Positions 38,901 through 51,079 are shown, numbered from the stretch's first letter. The stretch: 64,000 nucleotides of DNA from Macrostomum hystrix (GCA_950097015.1 CATNEN010000039.1:7192001-7256000), one strand, 5' to 3'. Made by a program: numbers and translations. The notes: a model not told the origin generated them from the sequence alone.

Positions 38901-39567
38901 TGAATGAGAGACTGAATGAGAGACTGAATGAGAGACTGAATGAGAGACTGAATGAGAGTCTGAATGAGAGACTGAATGAGAGTCTGAATGAGAGACTGAA
39001 TGAGAGTCTGAATGAGAGTCTGAATGAGAGACTGAATGAGAGTCTGAATGAGAGTCTGAATGAGAGACTGAATGAGAGTCTGAATGAGAGACTGAATGAG
39101 AGACTGAATGAGAGTCTGAATGAGAGACTGAATGAGAGACTGAATGAGAGACTGAATGAGAGACTGAATGAGAGACTGAATGAGAGACTGAATGAGAGAC
39201 TGAATGAGAGACTGAATGAGAGTCTGAATGAGAGACTGAATGAGAGACTGAATGAGAGTCTGAATGAGAGACTGAATGAGAGACTGAATGAGAGACTGAA
39301 TGAGAGACTGAATGAGAGACTGAATGAGAGACTGAATGAGAGACTGAATTTAAAAGACTGAAGAGGCTGAGGCCCCAACCCACCGGTCATTGATTGTTGG
39401 CTTCATGTCAAACTCTTGAAATTTGATTTTGACAATTTCGTCCAGCTGCGCAGTGAACACGAAGATGAGGCACTGAATCTCCATCGGGTAGGGCGTTGGG
39501 AACTGCGGCGACTGAAACATGCCGGACTTCCTCAGCTCGGAGCTGTGAAATGCAAAGCAGTGACAAC
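23955..39567 (-). CDS. Multi-CUB-domain extracellular protein (about 5 CUB domains; cubilin / suppressor-of-lurcher-like); 5' exon not located
   Basis: Phase-compatible exons 39567-39384, 35182-34953, 31243-30704, 30155-29930, 28867-28324, 27927-27645, 26888-26672, 26025-25811, plus a tentative last exon 24094-23955 (hydrophobic, GPI-signal-like tail). CUB motifs: GMFQSPQFPTPYP..C, GQFFSPAHPQNY..C.Y.F, GSFSSENFPSVYP, GIVRAPSFPFGYP..C.W, GSFSSPNFPFEYP..C.Y.F, GF.G.Y.F. Confidence 0.8.
24258..25770. repeat. 20-bp minisatellite (CTGACACCCTACAGACTCTC) with higher-order variants
   Basis: Tandem copies with recurring variant blocks. Confidence 0.95.
26115..26570. repeat. 17-bp minisatellite (TCTCAGATCCCATCTTA)
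   Basis: About 26 tandem copies, intronic. Confidence 0.95.
26903..27602. repeat. 34/35-bp minisatellite (GAGAACTCGAGACTATTGGGATCTTGAGCATTTT)
   Basis: About 20 near-identical copies filling an intron. Confidence 0.95.
27939..28318 (+). mobile_element. tRNA-derived SINE family B, full length, with a 16-bp TSD; forms an intron of the CUB gene
   Basis: A box TGGCAAAGCGG, B-box-like GAGCTCGATTCC, AT-rich tail; flanked by the perfect direct repeat ACCACCTGCTGCTGCT (27923-27938 and 28319-28334). Homologues at ~52195-52325, 56550-56810 and 62765-63125. Confidence 0.88.
28875..29880. repeat. ~23-bp G-rich minisatellite (GGGAAGTGGATTGGGGAAGAATC)
   Basis: Tandem variant units filling a CUB-gene intron. 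Confidence 0.95.
30280..30680. repeat. Degenerate ~18-bp repeat (GATTTCTAAGAATCGTTA)
   Basis: Old, diverged tandem array. Confidence 0.75.
31420..31845. repeat. 20-bp minisatellite (TTTGAGTTTGTCATCAGTCA)
   Basis: About 21 near-perfect copies. Confidence 0.97.
32470..33230. repeat. ~70-bp tandem repeat with dimeric structure
   Basis: Recurring TTGTATTGGGGATTCCCACTTTTGGGAATTCTCAAAATGACTGAC units. Confidence 0.9.
33800..34915. repeat. 22-bp minisatellite (CCCACATCCCATCAATACTCTT)
   Basis: About 48 tandem copies. Confidence 0.95.
35320..37260. repeat. 21-bp minisatellite (AACTGGTTATTTAGTGAGTCT) with a 30-bp insertion variant
   Basis: About 88 copies; source of the spurious (SLTGYLV)n ORF. Confidence 0.97.
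37636..39348. repeat. 12-bp minisatellite (ACTGAATGAGAG / TCTGAATGAGAG)
   Basis: About 140 copies with a single biallelic A/T site. Confidence 0.97.
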
Positions 39568-39634
39568 CTGCGGGATGAGATTGTGAGGCCGCTTGACAGG
39601 ATTGCATATTTCCTCTCAAATCCTACACTGCATG

Positions 39635-42600
39635 AACCCAGAGAGGATCAGATCCCATACCGAACTCAAAGAGGATCAGATCCCATACTGAACTCAGAGA
39701 GAATCAGATCCCACACTGAACTCAGAGAGGATCAGATCCCATACTGAACTCAGAGAGGATCAGATCCCACACTGAACTCAGAGAGGATCAGATCCCATAC
39801 TGAACTCAGAGAGGATCAGATCCCACACTGAACTCAGAGAGGATCAGATCCCATACCGAACTCAGAGAGGATCAGATCCCATACTGAACTCAGAGAGGAT
39901 CAGATCCCATACTGAACTCAGAGAGGATCAGAGTCCATACTGAACACAGAGAGGATCAGATCCCATACTGAACACAGAGAGGATCAGATCCCACACTGAA
40001 CTCAGAGAGGATCAGATCTCATACTGAACTCAGAGAGGATCAGATCTCATACTGAACTCAGAGAGGATCAGATCCCATACTGAACTCAGAGAGGATCAGA
40101 TCCCATACTGAACTCAGAGAGGATCAGATCTCATACCGAACTCAGGGAGGATCAGATCCCATACCGAACTCAAAGAGGATCAGATCTCATACTGAACTCA
40201 GAGAGGATCAGATCCCATACTGAACTCAGAGAGGATCAGATCCCATACTGAACTCAGAGAGGATCAGATCCCATACTGAACTCAGAGAGGATCAAATCTC
40301 ATACTGAACTCAGAGAGGATCAGATCCCATACTGAACTCAGAGAGGATCAGAGTCCATACTGAACTCAGAGAGGATCAGATCCCATACTGAACTCAGAGA
40401 GGATCAGATCCCACACTGAACTCAGAGAGGATCAGATCCCATACCGAACTCAGAGAGGATCAGATCCCATACTGAACTCAGAGAGGATCAGATCCCATAC
40501 TGAACTCAGAGAGGATCAGATCTCATACTGAACTCAGAGAGGATCAGATCTCATACTGAACTCAGAGAGGATCAGATCTCATACTGAACTCAGAGAGGAT
40601 CAGATCCCATACCGAACTCAGAGAGGATCAGATCTCATACTGAACTCAGAGAGGATCAGATCTCATACTGAACTCAGAGAGGATCAGATCTCATACTGAA
40701 CTCAGAGAGGATCAGATCCCATACTGAACTCAGAGAGGATCAGAGTCCATACTGAACTCAGAGAGGATCAGATCCCATACTGAACTCAGAGAGGATCAGA
40801 TCCCACACTGAACTCAGAGAGGATCAGATCCCATACCGAACTCAGAGAGGATCAGATCCCATACTGAACTCAGAGAGGATCAGATCCCATACTGAACTCA
40901 GAGAGGATCAGATCCCATACTGAACTCAGAGAGGATCAGATCTCATACTGAACTCAGAGAGGATCAGATCTCATACTGAACTCAGAGAGGATCAGATCTC
41001 ATACTGAACTCAGAGAGGATCAGATCCCATACCGAACTCAGAGAGGATCAGATCTCATACTGAACTCAGAGAGGATCAGATCTCATACTGAACTCAGAGA
41101 GGATCAGATCTCATACTGAACTCAGAGAGGATCAGATCCCATACTGAACTCAGAGAGGATCAGAGTCCATACTGAACTCAGAGAGGATCAGATCCCATAC
41201 TGAACTCAGAGAGGATCAGATCCCACACTGAACTCAGAGAGGATCAGATCCCATACCGAACTCAGAGAGGATCAGATCCCATACTGAACTCAGAGAGGAT
41301 CAGATCCCATACTGAACTCAGAGAGGATCAGAGTCCATACTGAACTCAGAGAGGATCAGATCTCATACCGAACTCAGGGAGGATCAGATCCCATACCGAA
41401 CTCAAAGAGGATCAGATCTCATACTGAACTCAGAGAGGATCAGATCCCATACTGAACTCAGAGAGGATCAGATCCCATACTGAACACAGAGAGGATCAGA
41501 TCCCACACTGAACTCAGAGAGGATCAGATCTCATACTGAACTCAGAGAGGATCAGATCTCATACTGAACTCAGAGAGGATCAGATCCCATACTGAACTCA
41601 GAGAGGATCAGATCCCATACTGAACTCAGAGAGGATCAGATCTCATACCGAACTCAGGGAGGATCAGATCCCATACCGAACTCAAAGAGGATCAGATCTC
41701 ATACTGAACTCAGAGAGGATCAGATCCCATACTGAACTCAGAGAGGATCAGATCCCATACTGAACTCAGAGAGGATCAGATCCCATACTGAACTCAGAGA
41801 GGATCAGATCTCATACCGAACTCAGGGAGGATCAGATCCCATACCGAACTCAAAGAGGATCAGATCTCATACTGAACTCAGAGAGGATCAGATCCCATAC
41901 TGAACTCAGAGAGGATCAGATCCCATACTGAACTCAGAGAGGATCAGATCCCATACTGAACTCAGAGAGGATCAGATCTCATACCGAACTCAGGGAGGAT
42001 CAGATCCCATACCGAACTCAAAGAGGATCAGATCTCATACTGAACTCAGAGAGGATCAGATCTCATACTGAACTCAGAGAGGATCAGATCTCATACTGAA
42101 CTCAGAGAGGATCAGATCCCATACCGAACTCAGAGAGGATCAGATCTCATACTGAACTCAGAGAGGATCAGATCTCATACTGAACTCAGAGAGGATCAGA
42201 TCTCATACTGAACTCAGAGAGGATCAGATCCCATACTGAACTCAGAGAGGATCAGAGTCCATACTGAACTCAGAGAGGATCAGATCCCATACTGAACTCA
42301 GAGAGGATCAGATCCCACACTGAACTCAGAGAGGATCAGATCCCATACCGAACTCAGAGAGGATCAGATCCCATACTGAACTCAGAGAGGATCAGATCCC
42401 ATACTGAACTCAGAGAGGATCAGATCCCATACTGAACTCAGAGAGGATCAGATCTCATACTGAACTCAGAGAGGATCAGATCTCATACTGAACTCAGAGA
42501 GGATCAGATCTCATACTGAACTCAGAGAGGATCAGATCCCATACCGAACTCAGAGAGGATCAGATCTCATACTGAACTCAGAGAGGATCAGATCTCATAC

Positions 42601-43530
42601 TGAACTCAGAGAGGATCAGATCTCATACTGAACTCAGAGAGGATCAGATCCCATACTGAACTCAGAGAGGATCAGAGTCCATACTGAACTCAGAGAGGAT
42701 CAGATCCCATACTGAACTCAGAGAGGATCAGATCCCACACTGAACTCAGAGAGGATCAGATCCCATACCGAACTCAGAGAGGATCAGATCCCATACTGAA
42801 CTCAGAGAGGATCAGATCCCATACTGAACTCAGAGAGGATCAGAGTCCATACTGAACTCAGAGAGGATCAGATCTCATACCGAACTCAGGGAGGATCAGA
42901 TCCCATACCGAACTCAAAGAGGATCAGATCTCATACTGAACTCAGAGAGGATCAGATCCCATACTGAACTCAGAGAGGATCAGATCCCATACTGAACTCA
43001 GAGAGGATCAGATCCCATACTGAACTCAGAGAGGATCAGATCCCATACCGAACTCAGAGAGGATCAGATCTCATACTGAACTCAGAGAGGATCAGATCCC
43101 ATACTGAACTCAGAGAGGATCAGATCTCATACTGAACTCAGAGAGGATCAGATCCCACACTGAACTCAGAGAGGATCAGATCCCATACTGAACTCAGAGA
43201 GGATCAGATCCCATACTGAACTCAGAGAGGATCAGATCTCATACTGAACTCAGAGAGGATCAGATCTCATACTGAACTCAGAGAGGATCAGATCTCATAC
43301 TGAACTCAGAGAGGATCAGATCCCATACCGAACTCAGAGAGGATCAGATCTCATACTGAACTCAGAGAGGATCAGATCTCATACTGAACTCAGAGAGGAT
43401 CAGATCTCATACTGAACTCAGAGAGGATCAGATCTCATACTGAACTCAGAGAGGATCAGATCCCATACTGAACTCAGAGAGGATCAGATCCCATACTGAA
43501 CTCAGAGAGGATCAGATCCCATACTCAACT
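39635..43530. repeat. 28-bp minisatellite (GAACTCAGAGAGGATCAGATCCCATACT) with a 420-bp higher-order repeat
   Basis: About 139 copies; the variant pattern recurs at 420-bp spacing (40801/41221, 42301/42721). Confidence 0.97.
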
Positions 43531-45299
43531 CATAAAGTAGATAAAGTAGATAGACTACATAAAGTAGAAAGTTAAACCCCAGTTCCATTGCTTATTTACG
43601 CAGCTAAAGCGGTCTTGGATTATCTCGCGGATTTGCAGAACAATCAAATCAACTTAAACCAAACTCAGCCAACACTGTCAGGGGCATGAGGACTCAACTA
43701 CCTTTCTAAAGCTGAGCTGAACAGGTCAAGTGGACAAAAGTGCGGTGAGCACACGGTTGCACTGAGATGCGTGACTCGATGTCGCATTTTGGCCCCTACT
43801 CAAAGCCTGCTCATCAAACACTGTGGCAATGGGTTAAAGTGTTTGTCAGACCGTGCAGTAATTAGGGGATGAGAAGCTGCCAGCAATGGGTCTATCGCTG
43901 GTTAATTGAGCTGCAAACTGAGCGGAAAGTGAATTAAAATTGCGCGAAAAAAATAGATCAGCCAATTAATAAGCAGTGGTTGGGGCATCTTTTCTGTTGA
44001 CAATTAAAAATCTAATGGAGACTATTAGGAATGGAATTTAATTGAGTTAATAATTTCGCAATGAAATTCATCTACTCTATTAGGTGGGTGCTGTACGATT
44101 CCTCCATTGTCAATTTTTAACACATTAAAAACTTTTCCGTTGAAAAATTTCAAATACAGTTGAAAAACTTTTCCTGTGGTGATTTGCATGTCGCTATCAC
44201 AGCTTTGAAATTTCTGGCCCTCACAAAAGCTTATAGAAGCAGCAAAAAATATTGTGGTGCCACTGGATGATAGTTGAGTATGAATTAAGGAGCAGTGACT
44301 GCTCTATGCATTGTACTCTAGCTGGGTCTCTGCTGTTCTCTGTTATGAACTCTGTGTACTATTTTCTCTGTACAATGTACTGTGTTCTGTGTACAGTGTA
44401 CTATGCTCTGTGTACAATATACTGATGTATGTGTTCTGTGTACAGTGTACTATGCTCTGTGTACATAATATACTGATGTATGTGTTCTGTGTGCCGTGCA
44501 CTATCTTCTGTGTACAATGTACTGTTGTCTGTGTACAATGTACTCTGTTCTGTGAACAGTGCCCTACGTTTTGTGTACAATTTACTGTTATCCGTGTTCT
44601 GTGTTCTGTGTGAGCAATTTGTAGCCCAGTCGAAAAATCCTCAAACTTCTAACCGAGAGGCCGGGATCGGCAATCTGGGCGGGTTTGCCGACTTCCCCAG
44701 TCCATGGACTGAGCAACTGTAGCGCCTAAAAGCTCGGACTGTTATTCGCACTGTTGAAGCTGACAGCTGTCAAACCAGCTCAGTGACAATCTCGAAAAAG
44801 CTGTTCGAAAATGTTTGCCAACGCAATTGGCTCAGCGCATTAGCCGCTAGCCCCGGACCATTCATCTGGAAATTCTCGCACGACGTGAACAGACAGTTGG
44901 ATAGACGGAATAGAAAATGCATTCTATTGAAAAATTCATGCATAATGCAGGGACTGGGGGGGCTGCCGCGGAGGCGACGTCAAAGCATCGCCTGGCACCT
45001 CAGCAGAGGCAACATAATGTAATAAGAGGCGGTGTTGGCAGCTGCACCGCTCCTCACTTTTGGGACTGACGCGAAAATTCTACATCGCTAGATAAGAGCA
45101 ACCGAGACCAGTAAGTTCACAGAACGGGGACTGGCTTAAGTTGAAAAAAAATGAAATTAATGCACTCAGTGCTGTGACAGACTGACAGCCGTAAAATAAT
45201 CCTATAATAATAGCTGATCAAACTGCTCTGAACTTCATTCCTGCTGCCTACCTTAGTTGACAATGTCCTCATGTCCCCGTCTACGAGTACTTTGATCTC

Positions 45300-45630
45300 G
45301 TCTCACTGTCTACATCCATCTCGTCTCACTGCCTACTTCCATCTCATCTCACAGCCTACTTCCATCTCACAGCCTACTTCCATCTCACAGCCTACTTCCA
45401 TCTCATCTCACAGCCTACTTCCATCTCATCTCACAGCCTACTTCCATCTCATCTCACAGCCTACTTCCATCTCATCTCACAGCCTACTTCCATCTCATCT
45501 CACAGCCTACTTCCATCTCATCTAACAGCCTACTTCCATCTCACAGCCTACTTCCATCTCATCTCACAGCCTTTTTCCATCACATCTCACAGCATACTTC
45601 CATCTCATCTCACAGCCTACTTCCATCTCA
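45300..45630. repeat. 18/23-bp minisatellite (TCTCATCTCACAGCCTACTTCCA)
   Basis: About 15 tandem copies. Confidence 0.9.
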
Positions 45631-46514
45631 CTGCCGTAGGCTCATCGCTGTGATAATGTCAATGCTTTCAAATACTTGTTCTCATTCTCTGCGCGCACAT
45701 TTTTGTGCTTACTAATCAAGAACCCTAGTCCTAGTCCTTAGTAGAATGTGTTACCATTTAACCAGTGATTTCTGTCCCAACGGATTTATTAATTCATCTC
45801 ATTGCCCCTCGATTCAAACTCTGTGGCAGCAATTATTGATTTGCTTTTAAGAGACATGCAATAGACACATTGCCCGGACTCAAACACGCGATGGCCCGAG
45901 TCCCCCAGTCGGATTGTAATTCAATTTCTGGCAATCCCCACCCACCATGCAGGATGCCTTTAGCTAGCCAACTGAATTCCAATCGCTACAGCTTTGCACT
46001 TTTATCAAGGTCAGTCAGACTGAAAGTTGATATGCCCCGATAGTCCTTAAAGACAGGCTTCAAGAGTGCAAATGCTGACAGATTAAGAAGGTAATCACTA
46101 ACCTGGTTGAACACCATCGACAGTTCTTGTCAATCCGATAGCCGCTAACAGGCTCAGTGTAATCAGACCGCGGGTGCCACAGGTAGTCATTGGGCACCGG
46201 TCAGAAATGTTTTTTTGTTAAAATAAAATTCAAACTCGTTTGTTTGACTGAGGTTCTAAAATTTTTCGCAGCGTCCTGTCCTAACTCCTGTATCGCATGC
46301 CCAGTTATAAACCTATCTGCCGGACTACCTATCGGCAGCCAATCAGAAAGATGGGGCGAATAGCCCCGTCCATGTTTTTTAATGCTGGACGCACAGTGAG
46401 GATATGAGAGAATGGGAAGAGACTGAGAGTGGCTGCAGTGGCATTTTGTCAGATAGGGACAAAGAATCGATGCCAAAACCTTGGCACGAGTATGATGCGT
46501 TGTATGACTATGAG

Positions 46515-47112
46515 ACAGACTCAGGAAAAGACTCAGGTAGAGACTCAGGTAGCGACTCAGGTAGAGACTCAGGTAGAGACTCTGGTTGAGACACAGGTAG
46601 AGAATCAGGTAGAGACTCAGGTAGCGACTCAGGTAGAGACTCAGGTAGAGACTCTGGTTGAGACACAGGTAGAGAATCAGGTAGAGACTCAGGTAGAGAC
46701 TCAGGTAGAGACTCAGGTAGCGACTCAGGTAGCGACTCAGGTAGCGACTCAGGTAGAGACTCTGGTTGAGACACAGGTAGAGACTCAGGTAGAGAATCAG
46801 ATGGCGACTCAGGTAGAGACTCAGGTGGAGACTCAGGTGGAGACTCAGGTAGAGACTCAGATGGAGACTCAGGTAGAGACTCAGGTGGAGACTCAGGTAG
46901 AGACTCAGATGGAGAATCAGGTAGAGACTCAGGTAGAGACTCAGGTAGAGACTCAGGTAGAGACTCAGATGGAGACTCAGGTAGAGACTCAGGTAGAGAC
47001 TCAGGTAGAGAATCAGGTAGAGACTCAGGTAGAGACTCAGGTAGAGACTCAGGTAGAGACTCAGATGGCGACTCAGGTAGAGACACAGGTGGAGACTCAG
47101 GTAGAGACTCAG
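46515..47112. repeat. 12-bp minisatellite (GTAGAGACTCAG)
   Basis: About 50 copies; source of the spurious VETQ / ESLP ORFs. Confidence 0.95.
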
Positions 47113-47940
47113 GAAGAAGCGCTGAGTACATAAGCTTGACTGGTTTAGAAACTTCGGCAAATGACTGCCGATAAAATCAGCCAATCTCTTAGCAATGGTT
47201 TAGTGGTATGGGATCGGAAACAAGACGGGGAAGAGATCAAGGTCAAGTTCAGTGACAGACAGGTTAGCGAATTTCCGAAAATTAATTGTCATACAGTCGT
47301 GTTTTAGCGGCAATAGCACAGACATCTAGAACATGGCTCACAAATATTATCTGTTAAGTAGCATCGGAGTGGAACTAATAATGGGCTTAATAGTGGAAGG
47401 GATTAACAGGCAGCCGATAGTGCTGCCAAATATGGGGACAAACTTTAAGAGCCGCTGTCTAGTTTGGGAACTGGCCGAACTCATGCTCAAGCCATGAGCT
47501 ATAGCCCAATTATGGACAGTGGGTCAAGGCTGGTTGAGATGAATTATGAGCACAGTGCTCAGTATGGATAGTGGAACAATAGCCAACCCTATCATTCTAG
47601 GAACAATGGGTCACTCTATGGGGGGATGAGGTTTTTATCTGAGTCATCTGGAAACACATAGCATGCGGCCTATACCATTTGGGAATTGGGGAGGCTGAGG
47701 AAAATATCCCTACATAGCCGTGGGCGAGACAGTTGCGGCAATAATGCCTGATTGTGAGTCAATAGGCTAGTTTATTTAATTATTTTCAATGAGAAAAGAC
47801 GCACGCAATGCGCCGTGGCCCATCGCGAGCTGTGGCTTTGCTTTCGACGTTCGACGCCGACTGGCAGGCCTGTAGATTCGAACTCAGAACTTCGAACCTT
47901 GGTGCGAGAGGCAGACGCGTTAACTCCTAATTTATGAATT

Positions 47941-48205
47941 GGGGAGGTTGTGGCCTAGTGTTTAGAGCGTCGGACTCACGAAGGTCGGGGGTTCGATAGC
48001 CAACTCCACTGGAGCAATTTTTGTGCTTTTTGCAAGACACCTAACTCTGTATGGGTTCAGTTCACCCAGCTGTTAAATTGGTAAAAGCATTAGCTTGGGT
48101 AATTGAGGGTGGGTGTGGCGTCCCCCCAGTCCATGGACTGAACAGCCGTACGCAGCCTTCAGATGCGCCGCGCAATTGCTGCGGCTGTGCTGTTGGGGAA
48201 TAATA
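47941..48205 (+). mobile_element. tRNA-derived SINE family A
   Basis: GGGGAGGTTGTGGCCTAGTG...GGTTCGATAGC head, CORE-like body and CAGTCCATGGACTG palindrome; homologous to 11398-11704. Confidence 0.85.
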
Positions 48206-48329
48206 GACGGACGGACGCTCCTTATCTAGCAAAGGGAATCGAAATCATAGACTTGTGAGCAGAGGGCCAAGTAGATCCCACCGAGCAGTTTCATCGGGAG
48301 GGGTCAAACTTCGCTTCGTCACACGCGTG

Positions 48330-49140
48330 GCGGCTGGTGCGACGCACCGCATGAGACGGGGGACGGTGGGCCGCTGGGGCGGAGCGACACCTCAGACGGG
48401 GCAGAGAGTGAAATGAGCGGGCGGGGCTGACCAATCACGCGCCGACCCGGCCAAGCGATATCGGCTTGCTGCAGCCGCATAGAACTGGGTGGGTGCGGCA
48501 CCCGCGGCAGTCTGAGAAGCATCAGCCAATCAGAGAACTCCAAATTGGCGAGGACTAGCCGGACTAGTCGGAGAGGCGGGGTCGGGAGGAAAACGCACTT
48601 TAGACGGGACTAGACAGGAGCGCAAAATAAAACAACGTCGACCCGCTGTCAATACAAGAGCTGGTAAATTTTTTTAATTAAACCTTAGTTACGGTAGAAA
48701 GCAGGATAACTCCCACGCACAATCATAAAAGGAACGGTTTGGTCAGATGCATAAATCATCATCTATTTGCGACTGGATGAGCTGATTCAATTAGTTAATT
48801 AAAATTGGCTCGCTTTATTTAACTGATGAAAACTGCATGACCTAAACTTATAGAATGCCAATTAACTTTCATAATCTAAGCCATTGATAGCAGGGCATAA
48901 ATGACACAGTGGCAGACCTCGCAGTTGGAGGGTGAGAGAAAATCTCTGAGACAGGGGCGGAAGCCCATTTAGTCTTTGTTAGCTGCGTTGATTTTGATTC
49001 CGATGCGCCCTGATTGGCTGTGTTGCCCTGTCTGGCCCTCGCCTCGGGCTGCCCTTCCCCCAGCTGCGCCGTGATTGGCCAGTGGGTGGCTGGGTTGGGG
49101 TGGTGGGTGGGGGTCGTGGGGCGGGTGTGGGTGCCCACCC
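48330..49140. promoter_or_regulatory. GC/CpG-rich promoter-like region with CCAAT and GC boxes
   Basis: Several GGGCGG boxes; CCAATC at ~48431 and ~48526; ATTGG at ~49013 and ~49074. Possibly the CUB gene promoter. Confidence 0.4.
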
Positions 49141-49911
49141 CGGCCTCAGATGAGCCGTGGCATTATAAATGCCCTTGATTCCTTTTCCTTCACTCCACGA
49201 CAACGTGGGCCCCGAAAAGGCGCCGAAAGACATTATTACAGCGAGTACCATTGCAACCATTGGGGAACTAAGGCCAGGTATTAGCAAGGGGCGCTTTAAA
49301 TCGTATCCTCATCGTACGCTGTTCGCCAGCTCGTGTGTCCCGACGCCTTGCTGAAGGTAGTCAACACCGCAGCGTCCCCTACGCGTGTGCCGGCCCCCAA
49401 AGACTGCACGAGTAACGTACTTCGTATATACGTATTCCTCTTCTTTCGTAGTCCTCGGTGCCGGCCATGTGGGTGCGACCCGACGCCCCAGACTTAGGGA
49501 AAGGTGCGAAAACTCGCGTCCCGACGCAGGCCATCACGGGCCCGTGTAGCACTACCATTTGTACCCTACACAAGTCTATTTCAAGACACAATTAAATATT
49601 TTCGTGTTACCTTGTTAGTCATTTCTTGCTAGTTAGATTTGGCAGACTCACCAGCTGCTCATTTGAAAATGAACGGATCCTACGATAATGAGCCTTTTAA
49701 GACTGAATTCCATTGCCTGACCGTTCGGTTCGAAGGCTCTCGAAAGTAAAAATAAATGTTGCAATCGCGTCAACGTAGGCCTTGAGATGTTTTAAATATA
49801 AATTAGAGTAGAAATGAGATCCAATCTAGCAAAGTGAGAAGCTGTATTAAAACCGTCACCGCTAGAGCGCATTGGTTTGAACTACAATTGTGAAGCATTG
49901 TCTCAAACACA

Positions 49912-51028
49912 TCAGGCCACCGAGAAGGTCATCTCCAGCACGTCGTCGATGCCCGCGCGAATCACATCGCCGGCCTTGACTGGCCCGACACCCGACGGCG
50001 TACCGGTCAGGAGGATGTCGCCGGGCTCCACGGAGATCCTGGCTGCCACGAAGGCCAGCAGGCGGGGCACGGGGAACAGCATCTGGCTCAGCTGGCCGCT
50101 CTGGCGCTCCTGCTCGTTGACGCGAAGCCACAGCCGGGTGTGGGGCCCGATGGAACTGGGCTGCAGTGGGGGGTCCTGGGCGCTGATAGGACAGGAGGTG
50201 TCAAAGCATTTGGCCAGCGTCCATGGCAGGCCGGAGAGTCTCAGCTTCTTCTGCGATTGAGGCGGGTGGCGACGTGAATACCTCCGATTGTACAGTATGT
50301 GAATACCTCCGATTGTACAGTATGTGAATACCCCTGATTGTACTGTATGTGAATACCTCCGATTGTACAGTAGGTGAATACCCCTGATTGTAGAGTAGGT
50401 GAATACCCCTGATTGTACTGTATGTGAATACCTCCGATTGTACAGTAGGTGAATACCCCTGATTGTAGAGTAGGTGAATACCCCTGATTGTACTGTATGT
50501 GAATACCTCCGATTGTACAGTAGGTGAATACCCCTGATTGTACAGTATGTGAATAACCCTGATTGTACAGTATGTGAATAACCCTGATTGTACAGTATGT
50601 GAATAACCCTGATTGTACAGTATGTGAATAACCCTGATTGTACAGTATGTGAATAACCCTGATTGTACAGTATGTGAATAACCCTGATTGTACAGTATGT
50701 GAATACCCCTGAGTGTCAGTGACTGCCCACCAGCAGGTGCATGTCAGTCATGTCCAAGCACAGTGTAGCCAGCCACAGCGGCCATGGCCTCCTCATCGGT
50801 CACAGCCGGTCCAGACAGCCGCTTGCCGATGATAACGGCCAGCTCGACTTCGTGATGAATCTCGCTGGTGTTGGGCGGCAGCCGGATGGGCCCGCTGCCC
50901 TCCAGCAGCAGCGAGGAGGCTGGCTTCATGAAGATGATGGGCTCTGATGGCTGCTGACTGGCCGGCACGTGACCAACAAAGTTGATGCCGGCGCCGATGA
51001 TTTGACGACAGCGACGAGCGATGCCCGG
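49912..51028 (-). pseudogene. FAHD1: FAHD1-like tandem duplicate with a 2-nt frameshift (pseudogene or assembly error)
   Basis: Exons 51028-50731 (298 nt; 2 nt missing at ~50762 relative to the neighbouring copy) and 50250-49912. Motifs FMKP, HHEVELAVIIG, LPWTLAKCFD, GDILLTGTPSGVG. No start exon of its own was found. Confidence 0.72.
50275..50710. repeat. 25-bp minisatellite (GTGAATACCCCTGATTGTACAGTAT)
   Basis: About 17 copies filling the intron of the FAHD1 duplicate. Confidence 0.95.
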
Positions 51029-51079
51029 CTGAAACCAAAATTGAACAGAATCGAAACGAAAAAACTCCACGAGACGAGC

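Noticed and set aside
35418-39390. Long ORFs of 619, 594 and 582 aa ((SLTGYLV)n, (SFSL)n, (SHSV)n)
   Set aside because: They are stop-free frames of 21-bp and 12-bp intronic minisatellites with no codon-position bias; not proteins.
39635-43530. CRISPR-like appearance of regular 28-41-bp repeats (also 19140-21150 and 61003-62020)
   Set aside because: Units are directly adjacent with no unique spacers, there are no cas genes, and the context is eukaryotic introns.
46429-47133. (VETQ)n / (ESLP)n repetitive protein
   Set aside because: A 12-bp satellite open on both strands, without splice or domain support.
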